DNA of 64,000 nucleotides from Candidatus Bathyarchaeota archaeon (GTDB lineage: Archaea; Thermoproteota; Bathyarchaeia; Bathyarchaeales; Bathycorpusculaceae). This document shows positions 9,104 to 19,073 of this stretch, in pieces (positions within the stretch are counted from its first letter, which is position 1; the number at the start of each line of letters is the position of its first letter). Where the stretch lies: positions 14,130 through 78,129 of the forward strand of contig CAWHXY010000001.1 of NCBI GenBank assembly GCA_963833575.1. Reading direction: 5' to 3'. A program made the translations under genes and the position numbers. The notes under the pieces are model-generated. The model was not told the origin of the DNA. It worked only from the letters and a program-made list of their open reading frames with translations, and did no database searches.

Positions 9104-10538
9104 TGAACAAAAAAGTAAACAAATCGTAATTGCCCCAATTACAAGGATTGAGGGACATGCACAAGTAACTATTTTCTTAAAAGACGACGATACGGTGAGA
9201 GAGGCACGATTCCAAGTTACTGACTTTAGAGGTTTCGAGAAATTCACTGAAGGCAGACCATTCTATGAGATGCCAAGTATCACTTCAAGATCCTGCGGAA
9301 TCTGTCCAGTTAGTCACCTGCTTGCTTCAGCCAAAGCCTGCGACGCTATCGTCGGCGTTAACCCGCCAAAAACGGCTATAATGCTAAGGCGCTTAATGCA
9401 TATGGGGCAACTAATCCAATCACACGCCTTGAACTTCTTTCACCTCTCATCACCCGATCTATTGTTAGGCTTTGATTCAGATCCAGGGCAAAGAAACATT
9501 TTCGGCTTAATTGAAAAACAGCCAGAACTAGCCATGCGAGGCATCAAACTTCGAAAGTTCGGTCAGGAACTTATAGAAAAAATAGCTGGTAAACGAATAC
9601 ATTCAAGCGACTGGATACTGCCCGGAGGAGCAAAATGGCCACTCACGCAAGAAAGAGCCGACTACCTCTGCGCCAATCTACCTGAAGCTTTAGCGAGTAC
9701 GCAAGAGACGTTGGTGATGTACAAGAAGATGCTGGACGGGTTTGAAGAAGAAGTTGGAAACTTCGGTAACTTCCCAACTTATTATATGGGTTTAGTTACA
9801 GCTGACGGAGGACTTGAACACTACGACGGAAAAATTCGCATAATGGACAAGAACGGCAAAACGGCTGCTGAATGCGTTGATCCAAAAAAATATAACGAAT
9901 TTATTTGCGAAGCCGTTGAACCATGGTCTTTCATGAAGTTTCCATACTTCAAAACCGTTGGTTACCCAGATGGAGCCTACAGAGTTGGACCCTTGGCAAG
10001 ATTAAATGTTGCTTCGCATTGTGATACACCTCTGGCTGACCAAGAACTCAAGGAATTCAAGAAACTAGGCCAGAATGGCGTTGTGCAAAGCACATTCCAC
10101 TACCATTACGCTCGCTTAATTGAGATGCTTTTCTGCCTTGAAACCGCCAAAAACCTGCTTGAAGACCCAGAAATTCTCTCTGAACACGTCACATCAAAAG
10201 CGTTAGTTAACAACTATGAAGGCGTCGGGGTAGCTGAAGCCCCAAGAGGGACCCTGATCCACCACTACAAAGTTGACCAACAAGGAATAATCACACGGAA
10301 CAACATGATAATCGCCACAGAACACAACAACATCGCCTACAACATGGCAGTAACACAAGTAGCCAAAAAATATGTTAAAGCACAACAGCTCCAAGAAGGC
10401 ATGCTGAACCGCGTAGAAGCAGTAATCCGAGCATTCGACCCATGCTTAAGTTGCGCAACTCATGCCGTTGGCAAAATGCCTTTAGAAATAAAATTAATCA
10501 ATGCAGATGGTAAACTCGTTGACCGCAAAATAAGGTAA
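9096..10538 (+). CDS. hoxH: [NiFe] hydrogenase large subunit HoxH (group 3d)
   Basis: 'RIEGH', L1 'RSCGICPVSH', L2 'DPCLSCATH' followed by a cleavable tail. Confidence 0.92.
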   Translation: MVNEQKSKQIVIAPITRIEGHAQVTIFLKDDDTVREARFQVTDFRGFEKFTEGRPFYEMPSITSRSCGICPVSHLLASAKACDAIVGVNPPKTAIMLRRLMHMGQLIQSHALNFFHLSSPDLLLGFDSDPGQRNIFGLIEKQPELAMRGIKLRKFGQELIEKIAGKRIHSSDWILPGGAKWPLTQERADYLCANLPEALASTQETLVMYKKMLDGFEEEVGNFGNFPTYYMGLVTADGGLEHYDGKIRIMDKNGKTAAECVDPKKYNEFICEAVEPWSFMKFPYFKTVGYPDGAYRVGPLARLNVASHCDTPLADQELKEFKKLGQNGVVQSTFHYHYARLIEMLFCLETAKNLLEDPEILSEHVTSKALVNNYEGVGVAEAPRGTLIHHYKVDQQGIITRNNMIIATEHNNIAYNMAVTQVAKKYVKAQQLQEGMLNRVEAVIRAFDPCLSCATHAVGKMPLEIKLINADGKLVDRKIR

Positions 10539-10634
10539 ATCTATTTTTTATTGTTTCAAATATTTTTATATCTGCTTTCATCAGCCAGTGCTTTAAATCA
10601 AGTTTTCTTACAAAAAATATTTTTGCTTTCCATA

Positions 10635-10680
10635 ATTTTCATATGAAAATGTCACATCCGATATGGCAGAATCATTTAAG
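10635..10680 (+). promoter_or_regulatory. Palindromes plus TATA-like box upstream of hdrCB-mvhGA
   Basis: Perfect 16-bp ATTTTCATATGAAAAT (10635-10650), imperfect TGTCACAT-CCG-ATATGGCA (10650-10668), TTTAAG (10675-10680). Confidence 0.45.
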
Positions 10681-10765
10681 CCTTGACTGAACCTTTATGT
10701 ATTTGTCTTTGGAATTTGGAGTAAATAAGCACGTATGGTGCTACCTATCTGTCAAAGTGAACCTA

Positions 10766-11323
10766 TTGACTGAGACAGCAACAACTCCATCAGGCAAAGA
10801 GCCGATAAAAGCTTCTGAGCTAGACCCAAAATTCAAGTATGAACTCCAGAAAATGCACGGAAGCGAAAAAATTCTTAAATGTTTTCAGTGCGGAACATGC
10901 ACATCAGACTGCCCAGTTGCAAGGTACAGCGACAGTTATCGTCCGAGAACATTGATTCATATGGCTCAACTTGGCCTTCGAGATCGAGTGCTAAAAAGCG
11001 AAACTTTATGGTTATGCGCAGCCTGTTTTACATGCACTGATCGATGTCCACAAGACGTTGAAGTAGCAAGTGTTATTCGTGTATTTCGCAATTTAGCGAT
11101 CGAAAATGGCTGTGTACCTCAAGTCTTTAAAGAACAAACTGCATCCTTACTTGAATCAGGGTACGCTTACAAAATTCCTGAGTTAAGAATTAAAAAACGT
11201 GAATCCCAATGTTTGCCACCGCTGCCAAAAGGCAATGCGGAAAATGTCCGAAAAGTCCTCAAAGGTGTAAAATTCGTCGAAGCTGTCCAGAAACCAGCGG
11301 GAGGCCAACCAAGTGGGCAATAA
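10766..11323 (+). CDS. hdrC: Heterodisulfide reductase subunit C
   Basis: 'CFQCGTCTSDCP' and 'LWLCAACFTCTDRCP'; TTG 10766 is the likely start (track start 10697). Confidence 0.9.
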   Translation: MTETATTPSGKEPIKASELDPKFKYELQKMHGSEKILKCFQCGTCTSDCPVARYSDSYRPRTLIHMAQLGLRDRVLKSETLWLCAACFTCTDRCPQDVEVASVIRVFRNLAIENGCVPQVFKEQTASLLESGYAYKIPELRIKKRESQCLPPLPKGNAENVRKVLKGVKFVEAVQKPAGGQPSGQ

Positions 11324-12206
11324 GTATCTTATTTTTCTCGGGTGTGCAATCCCCTATCGTGTTTCAGCTTACGAGATTTCTGCTCGCAAAGTCCTCGCTA
11401 AGTTAGGTGTTGAACTGGTTGAAATGCCAGAATTCAACTGTTGCGGTTTACCGTTAGATCCAGTAAGCCATGAAACTATGCTTATTTTAGCAGCAAAAAA
11501 CTTGGCAATGGCTGAACAAACGGGACTAAACATTCTTACGCTTTGTCCGGGCTGTGCTGGCACAATCAAGAAAGTCAACAAAATTCTGAAAGAGGACAAG
11601 GCACTTAAAGAGCAAATTAATGGGCACTTAAAAGAAGTAGGATTGGAATTCAAAGGAACCTTAGAAACAAAACATCTCCTTCAACTGCTCAAAGAGGATG
11701 TTGGGGTAGAAAAAATCAAAGCATCTGTCGTTAAACCTCTCAATATGCTTAAAGTCGCTGAACACAATGGTTGCCACATTCTTAGACCGAAAGAGTTTAT
11801 TGGTTTTGATGATCCTGAAGATCCGCAAACATTAAAAATGCTGATTGAAGCTACAGGCGCTACATGCTTAGATTACATCGATGAAACAGAATGCTGCGGA
11901 GCGCCAAGCGTCGGAGTAAGCGACAAAATTGCCCTGCAACTTGCAAGAGACAAGTTAAATCACGTAAAAATGGTTGAAGCGCAAGCATTAATTACAATTT
12001 GTCCATTTTGCCACATAATGTATGATACAAACGAGTTGCGAATAGAGAAAATGTTTAAAGAAGCATATGGTATTCCAATTCTCCATTACCCACAGCTACT
12101 CGGGTTAGCAATGGGCTTAACACCTGAAGAATTAGCCTTCAACGAACTGCGTGTAAACGCATCAAAAATACTGGAACTAGTAAATAAGGAAGTAAACAAG
12201 CAATGA
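11313..12206 (+). CDS. hdrB: Heterodisulfide reductase subunit B
   Basis: Two CCG domains: 'GCAIP...NCCG...CPGC' and 'HNGCH...ECCG...CPFC', 'HYPQLLGLAMG'. Confidence 0.92.
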   Translation: MGNKYLIFLGCAIPYRVSAYEISARKVLAKLGVELVEMPEFNCCGLPLDPVSHETMLILAAKNLAMAEQTGLNILTLCPGCAGTIKKVNKILKEDKALKEQINGHLKEVGLEFKGTLETKHLLQLLKEDVGVEKIKASVVKPLNMLKVAEHNGCHILRPKEFIGFDDPEDPQTLKMLIEATGATCLDYIDETECCGAPSVGVSDKIALQLARDKLNHVKMVEAQALITICPFCHIMYDTNELRIEKMFKEAYGIPILHYPQLLGLAMGLTPEELAFNELRVNASKILELVNKEVNKQ

Positions 12207-13189
12207 GCGACAAATTAAAAATAGCCTTTTACTGGGCTGCAAGCTGCGGCGGCTGCGAAATAGCCGTCCTAGACTTAAACGAAAAAATCCTTGACGTAGT
12301 GGCATTAGCCGACATTGTTTTCTGGCCAGTAGCCATAGACATCAAATACAAAGATGTCGAAGCAATGCCAGACAAATCCATAGATATTACATTCTTCAAT
12401 GGATCAATCCGCAACTCAGAACAGGAACATATGGCAAAGGTGCTCAGAGAAAAATCCAAAACCCTTGTTGCTTTCGGTTCATGCGCTCACCAAGGAAGCG
12501 TACCCGGATTAGCAAACCTAAACGACAAAAAAGAAATTTTCGATCAAGTATACATGAAAGACTTATCCAACGTAAATCCAAAATCAACCACCCCTCAAAC
12601 TCAAACCAAAGTCAAAGAAGGCACCCTCAACATCCCCGAATTCTACGACACAGTAAAAACTCTGGCACAAACAGTAGATGTAGACTATTATCTTCCAGGT
12701 TGCCCACCACCAGTCAAACTAATCGCCGCTGCAGTTGAAGCGATAAAGTGCAACAAACTTCCACCAAAAGGATCGGTACTTGCACCGCTCAAAGCAGTAT
12801 GCGACGAATGCCCAAGAAAACGAGAAAACAAAAAAATCGGCAAAATCTACCGAGTTTATGATAAAACACCAGAACCAGAAAAATGTCTTCTAGAACAAGG
12901 CATTCTCTGTCTCGGTCTCGCAACCAGAAGCGGCTGCGGTGCTCAATGCTTAAATGTTGACATGCCATGCACAGGTTGCGGTGGACCAGCTCCAAACGTT
13001 CCAGATCAAGGAGCAGCAATGATGTCTGCTTTAGCTTCAATTCTCGGATACGATGGAGAACCAGGAAAAACCAAATATACAGAGAAAGAGATTGAAGAAT
13101 TATTGAGCCAAGTGAAAGATCCAGTTGGCACATTCTTCATGTATAGTTTACCCGCATCGATTCTTAAAAGAAAGGTGATTAAAAAATGA
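12203..13189 (+). CDS. mvhG: F420-non-reducing hydrogenase small subunit MvhG
   Basis: 'SCGGCE', 'GSCA', 'PGCPP', 'VCDECP', 'CLLEQGILCLG', 'PCTGC'. Confidence 0.9.
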   Translation: MSDKLKIAFYWAASCGGCEIAVLDLNEKILDVVALADIVFWPVAIDIKYKDVEAMPDKSIDITFFNGSIRNSEQEHMAKVLREKSKTLVAFGSCAHQGSVPGLANLNDKKEIFDQVYMKDLSNVNPKSTTPQTQTKVKEGTLNIPEFYDTVKTLAQTVDVDYYLPGCPPPVKLIAAAVEAIKCNKLPPKGSVLAPLKAVCDECPRKRENKKIGKIYRVYDKTPEPEKCLLEQGILCLGLATRSGCGAQCLNVDMPCTGCGGPAPNVPDQGAAMMSALASILGYDGEPGKTKYTEKEIEELLSQVKDPVGTFFMYSLPASILKRKVIKK

Positions 13190-14640
13190 AAGAAATAATC
13201 ATAGATCCTATCACCCGTCTTGAAGGACATGGAAACGTATCCATATTCCTCAATGACAAAGGTGATGTAGAAAACGCCTATCTTAAAATTCCAGAATTAA
13301 GAGGGTTCGAGAAATTCTGCATTGGCAGAAAAGCTGAACTCATGCCTCAACTCACTTCCAGAATCTGTGGCGTCTGCCCAGTTGCACACCATTTTGCGGC
13401 AACAAAAGCTTTAGACGCAGCATTCAACGTTGAACCACCATCAGCTGCTAAGAAACTGCGCGAACTAATGTACAGTGCTTACTACATTTACGATCACACA
13501 TTACACTTTTACTATCTTGGCGGACCAGACTTCATAGTTGGGCCCGATGCTCCACCAGAAAAACGAAACATACTCGGAGTAATAGAAAAAGCCGGTATGC
13601 CAGTTGCAAAGGAAGTCATAAAACACAGAGCTTACGGACAAAGAATAACCGAAATCATCGGCGGAAAAGCAACCCACCCAGTCTGCGGACTACCGGGCGG
13701 AATGTCAAAAGCATTAACTGAACCTAACAGGCAAGAAATCGAGACAATGGCTGCCTCATGCGTAAACTTCGCCCAGTTCACACTTAAACTCTTCCATGAT
13801 ATCGTCTTAGGCAACACCCAATATGTTGACATGATTAAGAGCCAAGCCTACACCATGCCAACTTATTACATGGGGACAGTTGATCAAAACAACAAAGTTA
13901 ACTTCTATGACGGTAAAATCCGTGTTGTAGATCCAACTGGCAATGAATTCCTCAAATTCGAATCAAAAGATTACCTGCAGCATATCGGTGAACATGTTGA
14001 AGAATGGACATATAGCAAATTCCCATACCTTAAAGCAATTGGCTGGAAAGGACAAGTTTCAGGCGCGGACAGCGGTGTCTACCGAGTTGGTCCACTTGCA
14101 AGGTTAAATGCATCGGACGGTATGGCAACACCCCTTGCACAAGCAGAATATGAAGTCATGTACAAGACTCTCGGCGGCAAACCAGTCCACAGCACTTTAG
14201 CCTATCACTGGGCACGCCTAATTGAATTACTCTATGCAACAGAAAGAGCAATGGAGTTAGTCAAAGACCCAGAAATTACAAGCACAAACATCCGCAATAA
14301 ACCAGGCGAACCAACCGAAGGCGTCGGCATCACAGAAGCAGCAAGAGGCACACTCATCCACCACTACAAATTAGACAAAGACGCCCTAATCAAAGACGTA
14401 AACCTAATCGTCGCCACAACAAACAATTACCCAGCTATTTGCATGAGCATACGCGACGCAGCCAAAGGCTTAATACACGACGGCAAAGTTGACCAAGGCA
14501 TATTAAACAAAGTCGAAATGGGTTTCCGAGCCTACGACCCCTGCTTCGGATGCGCAACACACGCAGCAGTTGGACAAATGCCACTCACCGTCGAAGTCTA
14601 CAACTCTCAAAAACAATTAGTCAGCTCAGTATCTCGCTAA
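13186..14640 (+). CDS. mvhA: F420-non-reducing [NiFe] hydrogenase large subunit MvhA (group 3c)
   Basis: 'RLEGH', L1 'RICGVCPVAH', L2 'DPCFGCATH'. Confidence 0.9.
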   Translation: MKEIIIDPITRLEGHGNVSIFLNDKGDVENAYLKIPELRGFEKFCIGRKAELMPQLTSRICGVCPVAHHFAATKALDAAFNVEPPSAAKKLRELMYSAYYIYDHTLHFYYLGGPDFIVGPDAPPEKRNILGVIEKAGMPVAKEVIKHRAYGQRITEIIGGKATHPVCGLPGGMSKALTEPNRQEIETMAASCVNFAQFTLKLFHDIVLGNTQYVDMIKSQAYTMPTYYMGTVDQNNKVNFYDGKIRVVDPTGNEFLKFESKDYLQHIGEHVEEWTYSKFPYLKAIGWKGQVSGADSGVYRVGPLARLNASDGMATPLAQAEYEVMYKTLGGKPVHSTLAYHWARLIELLYATERAMELVKDPEITSTNIRNKPGEPTEGVGITEAARGTLIHHYKLDKDALIKDVNLIVATTNNYPAICMSIRDAAKGLIHDGKVDQGILNKVEMGFRAYDPCFGCATHAAVGQMPLTVEVYNSQKQLVSSVSR

Positions 14641-14758
14641 GCTAACCCATTTTTTAGGAAATTTCTCTTTTTCAATTTATTCTACAAAACCCCTAACGTT
14701 TTAGGGTAAACTCTTATCTTAACACACCGCCCTATTGTTTTGTTAGCTGAGATTTGAC

Positions 14759-15118
14759 ATGCAACCGCAACCACCTAATCCAGAACATAAAAGAATGAAA
14801 CGAGAGAAAAAAACAATAGGCTATATGGTTGACATATATTGCAAAGGACACCACGACACTCAGGGTGAACTCTGTTCTGAATGCAAAGAATTCAAAGAAT
14901 ACGCATTCATGCGTCTTGACAAATGTCCATTTCAAGACAAGAAGAGCACGTGCGGGAAATGCGTTATACACTGCTACAGACCAGACATGAAAGAAAAAGT
15001 GAAAAAAGTTATGCGTTATTCGGGTCCACGGATGCTTCTGCCTCACCCAACTCTAGCGTTGCATCACGCTTGGGATAGCCACAGGAAGGCACCTAAGCTG
15101 GCCAAGAAAACAAACTAA
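14759..15118 (+). CDS. YgbA / nitrous-oxide-stimulated-promoter family Cys-rich protein
   Basis: 'REKKTI..M..IYC..HH...LC.EC...YA..RL.KCP...K..C.KC..HCY....VMRYSGPRML..HP'. Confidence 0.85.
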   Translation: MQPQPPNPEHKRMKREKKTIGYMVDIYCKGHHDTQGELCSECKEFKEYAFMRLDKCPFQDKKSTCGKCVIHCYRPDMKEKVKKVMRYSGPRMLLPHPTLALHHAWDSHRKAPKLAKKTN

Positions 15119-15223
15119 TTAATTCTGCCGCAAAGCTCCGTTGAATGCAATTTTTTTGAATAGACTTTGCTGTGACAAGCTTTTTCTGTCCTCGAGGCTT
15201 ATTTTCTAATTATTGGTGCTTCC

Positions 15224-15709
15224 ATGAGTGACAGAATCGAAAAAGATCTAGCAAACTGGTTTGTTGGTGCAACGAAGGTCGTTCTAGCTGGCATTGGCAA
15301 CCCAATCCGCACCGATGACTACGTTGGATTACACATCGTTGAACAATTGAGGGGCAAGTTGCCCGAAAACGTTTGCTTGCTGGAAGCTGAGACGGTTCCA
15401 GAAAGCTACCTGTTAGATATAGAAATGTTTCATCCATCGCATGTCCTCTTGATTGATGCTGCTTTCTTGGGTTTGAAGCCCGGTGAAGCCAACCTTGTTG
15501 ATCCTGTGAATATTGAAGATTATTCTGCCGTAACAACTCATTTGTTACCATTGCGGATTTTCTGCGACTACATTAAACAGGCAACAGGTGCAAAAATTGC
15601 TTCTCTTCTGATCGAACCCAAAAGCATGGAGTTTGGTGAAGGCTTAACCGTGGAAGTTCAAACTGCTGCTGAGCGGTTAATAAAAACATTGGCTAATTTG
15701 CTTGGCTAG
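15224..15709 (+). CDS. hycI: Hydrogenase maturation endopeptidase, HycI family
   Basis: 'GIGNPIRTDD.VG', 'ETVPE', 'IDAA', 'TTH.LPL'. Confidence 0.88.
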   Translation: MSDRIEKDLANWFVGATKVVLAGIGNPIRTDDYVGLHIVEQLRGKLPENVCLLEAETVPESYLLDIEMFHPSHVLLIDAAFLGLKPGEANLVDPVNIEDYSAVTTHLLPLRIFCDYIKQATGAKIASLLIEPKSMEFGEGLTVEVQTAAERLIKTLANLLG

Positions 15710-16176
15710 CCTTGTTTTCTTTTAAAAACATAGTTAGTTGTAAGCACTTCCTTGCCTAGTGACAAGCTGACTTCTTTGAGTTCAATTTGGTCTTTTGTTA
15801 CCCATTTTGCAGTTATCTTTTCTTCTAATTCTTGATCCTCGAAGGTTCCTCGCCAGTATACTTCAAGGGTATTTTCATTGACCCAGTTGCCAACGTGATC
15901 ATGAGCTTCGCCTTCTGAATTGATTCCGAAAAGATGCACTTTGCCAGTTGCTCGGTCGAAACTCCAAAGATCGTTCTCATAATAATCTTCGTAACCTTCA
16001 ATATGCGTGTCAATTTCTGAGTTTATCCCTATATCTGCTACTTCAACAGCGCTCATTTCGCCACACCCGGAAACTATTCTGTCCGCACTAGTCTTCAGGG
16101 CTATGCCTACTGTCCATTCTCCAATTAACTGCTTGAGTAACTCTAACTCTTTAGCCTGTTTCGTCTCTTGTATCAT
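15706..16176 (-). CDS. Hypothetical beta-barrel protein (DUF1579-like)
   Basis: 'L..LIGEW' start and beta-rich pattern; likely ATG at 16176. Confidence 0.6.
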   Translation of the reverse strand: MIQETKQAKELELLKQLIGEWTVGIALKTSADRIVSGCGEMSAVEVADIGINSEIDTHIEGYEDYYENDLWSFDRATGKVHLFGINSEGEAHDHVGNWVNENTLEVYWRGTFEDQELEEKITAKWVTKDQIELKEVSLSLGKEVLTTNYVFKRKQG

Positions 16177-16312
16177 AAAACCAACCCAATAAACTAAACC
16201 ATAAAAAAACTTACATTTCAGTAATAAATAAATGTGATTGATATGGTGCAACAATCTTTACAGTTTAGTTAATTAGCTTGTTTTTAGTTAGATTTTATCT
16301 GTGAAACGGGGT

Positions 16313-16792
16313 ATGTCTGGAAAAGCAGTCATTCTTATGGGGTCTGAGCGGGATTTGGATTTTTCCCGAGAAATAGCAAAATACCTAAAGCTTTTAGGCG
16401 TAAATTATGAGTTTCGAGTTGCTTCTGCCCATAAAAATCCGGAGAACGTTCTTGCAATAATAAAAGAATTCGAAGGAGAAAAAGTAGTTTTCATAACTGT
16501 TGCAGGTCGCTCAAATGCACTCAGCGCTTTTGTTGACGGAAACTCATCTAAACCAGTTATTGCATGCCCACCATACTCCGATACATTCAATGGAATCGAT
16601 ATTTTCTCTTCGCTCCGAGTACCAAGCGGCATAGGATCCGTTGTAACAATTGAGCCTGAAGGCGCAGCAATTGCGACGGCGAAGATTTTCGCTCTAGACG
16701 ACCTCGCAGTAGCGGAAACCATTAAAAATTATCAAGCTTCAAAGAAAAAAGAGCTTGAAAACGCAAACGAATCAATAAAGAAACTAAAATAA
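16313..16792 (+). CDS. purE: AIR carboxylase PurE, class II type
   Basis: 'ILMGS..D', 'SAHK', class II signature 'AGRSNALS' and 'PVIACPP'. Confidence 0.9.
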   Translation: MSGKAVILMGSERDLDFSREIAKYLKLLGVNYEFRVASAHKNPENVLAIIKEFEGEKVVFITVAGRSNALSAFVDGNSSKPVIACPPYSDTFNGIDIFSSLRVPSGIGSVVTIEPEGAAIATAKIFALDDLAVAETIKNYQASKKKELENANESIKKLK

Positions 16793-16923
16793 CAATTAAC
16801 TTCTATTTTTCCAATAATTATGAAATCATTCTTTCAGTTCTAGAAAGAGCAGAAGGTCAGACTAAAGCGATATAAGTTAAATAGAATAATTCTGCTACAA
16901 CTAAATATAACCTGGGATAATAA

Positions 16924-17976
16924 ATGGGCAGCGTAAAAGATCTTGAAGTGATAAAACAACCAAGCCACGAGGTTATGGGTATCGGGAGATTTCACTTTTC
17001 AGACCGCTATAGCGTTTTTGATTGGGGTGAAATGCCCGAAAATATTGGCGCCAAGGGAGCAGCCCTGTGCCTTATGGGCGCTTATTGTTTTGAACAGTTA
17101 GAGAAAAAAGGCGTCAAAACTCACTATCAAGGTTTAGTAGGTGCAAACGGTAGAGCGGTCAAAACCAAAGAGTTAAGCCAGCCCACAAGCGTCATGGAAG
17201 TTAGTTTGGTTAATGTTTACAAGCCCAAAACAAGCGTAGTGAACAGTAAGATTGTCCACGATTACAGCATTTACAAGCCAGATCTAAAGAACTGCTTAAT
17301 TCCTTTGGAAATTATCTATAGAAATGGTTTACCCGAAGGGTCATCAGTCTTTAAACGTCTCGAACAGGGGAAAATAACTTTTATGGATTTAGGCCTTGAT
17401 CACTACCCCCACCCAGGTGAGCAACTTGCCAAACCCATATTTGACGTTAGTACAAAACTTGAGGAAACCGACCGATATGTTACGTGGCAAGAAGCACAGA
17501 AAATCGCTGGATTAACCGACCAGGAGCTCGATGAAATTAAAGTAGTTCTACTTAAAGCAGATGAGACCATAAACGAAATGGCTTCAAGAGCTGGGCTCAA
17601 AAATGAAGATGGAAAAATCGAGTTAGCTTTTGATGACAACAGGAAACTTGTGATAGTTGATGTCGTCGGTACCCTTGATGAATGCAGGTTCACTTACAAT
17701 GGCATACATGTTAGCAAAGAAATTGCAAGACAATTCTACAAAAAAACAAGATGGTATGCAGATTTGGAACAAGCGAAAAAAGAGGGCGAAGCTAAAGGCA
17801 TTCAAGACTGGAAATCACTCTGCAAGTCGCAACCGCCCAAATTAGACCCGAAGCTTAAGACAATCATCAGTGAAATGTATATGGCGGCTGCAAATGAGTT
17901 GACCGGTCACAAATTATTTAATGCACCGTTGCTTGCAGATGTGATTGCCAATTACAAGGATTATATGAAGGAATGA
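16924..17976 (+). CDS. purC: SAICAR synthetase (long archaeal form)
   Basis: 'MGSVKD', 'FSDRYSVFDWG', 'IPLE.IYRN', 'DGKIE', 'DVVGTLDE.R'. Confidence 0.92.
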   Translation: MGSVKDLEVIKQPSHEVMGIGRFHFSDRYSVFDWGEMPENIGAKGAALCLMGAYCFEQLEKKGVKTHYQGLVGANGRAVKTKELSQPTSVMEVSLVNVYKPKTSVVNSKIVHDYSIYKPDLKNCLIPLEIIYRNGLPEGSSVFKRLEQGKITFMDLGLDHYPHPGEQLAKPIFDVSTKLEETDRYVTWQEAQKIAGLTDQELDEIKVVLLKADETINEMASRAGLKNEDGKIELAFDDNRKLVIVDVVGTLDECRFTYNGIHVSKEIARQFYKKTRWYADLEQAKKEGEAKGIQDWKSLCKSQPPKLDPKLKTIISEMYMAAANELTGHKLFNAPLLADVIANYKDYMKE

Positions 17977-19073
17977 TTATGATAGACGACATTAAGCAAA
18001 TAATAAAGAAATACAACTCCAAAGAAATTCGAATAGGGGTTTTAGGTTCCCACTCAGCACTTGAGATTGCTTCGGGCGCAAAACAAGAAGGCTTAGAAAC
18101 CGTAGTTGTTTGCCAGAAAGGCCGAGATAAAACTTACACCAAATATTACAAGAACGTTTTTGACCACTTTCTTATGCTCGATAAATTCTCGAACATAACA
18201 AGCGAGGCGAACGTGAAGAAACTGGTTGATTTGAACACGATTTTTGTTCCTAACCGCTCATTTTCAGTATATGCTGGTTACGAAGCGATAGAAAACCATT
18301 TTGCAGTGCCTTTAATGGGCAACCGCTCAATGCTTCGTACCGAGGAACGCAACACGCCTAGAAACCAACTTTACCTTCTTCAGAAAGCTGGTATAGCAAC
18401 GCCGAAAACTTTCAAGGTGCCCAGTGAAATAGACCGCTTATCCATAGTTAAAGTTCCAGAAAAGGAACGTGCTATTGAAAGAGCCTTTTTCTACCCGTCA
18501 AATCCCGTTGAATTTGACAAGATGGCCAGCGACCGTATAGCCAAGGGCATAATTACACAGGAAGCACTCGATCATGCAGTGATAGAAGAGTATGTTATTG
18601 GCGCCAAATTCAATGCTAACTTGTTTTGGTCACCCTTAACCGATGAAATCGACCTCTTAGGGTTTGATAGACGTATTCAAACTGATCTTGATGGCATCTT
18701 AGACTTGCCCGCTCAGGAACAGTTGGATGTAAATATTCCCACTCAAAACATCGAAATCGGTCATATGGGCGCCACTATGCGTGAGAGCCAAATAGAAAAG
18801 ATTTTTGACGCAGCGGAAAAATTCGTTAAAACTTGCAAAAAAGAGTATCCGCCGGGAATGCTTGGTTTGTTCGCGTTGCAGGGCGCAGTAACAAAAGATT
18901 TAGAGTTCTACGTTTTCGATGTTAGTCCTCGTGTTCCAGGCTGCCCATGTGTTGAGCCCACTTCGCCTTACATGAAGTACAAGTACGGAATGGAAGTTGG
19001 TCCAGGACGGCGGGTAGCTATGGAAATTAAACGTGCAGTTAAAGAGGGCAGGCTTGCGGAAGTAGTAACATGA
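17973..19073 (+). CDS. PurP-like ATP-grasp protein (second archaeal PurP cluster)
   Basis: 'LGSHSAL', 'PNRSF', 'FALQG', 'SPRVPG', 'GRRVAMEIK'. Confidence 0.85.
   Translation: MIMIDDIKQIIKKYNSKEIRIGVLGSHSALEIASGAKQEGLETVVVCQKGRDKTYTKYYKNVFDHFLMLDKFSNITSEANVKKLVDLNTIFVPNRSFSVYAGYEAIENHFAVPLMGNRSMLRTEERNTPRNQLYLLQKAGIATPKTFKVPSEIDRLSIVKVPEKERAIERAFFYPSNPVEFDKMASDRIAKGIITQEALDHAVIEEYVIGAKFNANLFWSPLTDEIDLLGFDRRIQTDLDGILDLPAQEQLDVNIPTQNIEIGHMGATMRESQIEKIFDAAEKFVKTCKKEYPPGMLGLFALQGAVTKDLEFYVFDVSPRVPGCPCVEPTSPYMKYKYGMEVGPGRRVAMEIKRAVKEGRLAEVVT

Noticed and set aside
9096-14640. Selenocysteine-containing hydrogenase or Hdr subunits
   Set aside because: All ligand positions are Cys codons and there are no in-frame TGA codons.
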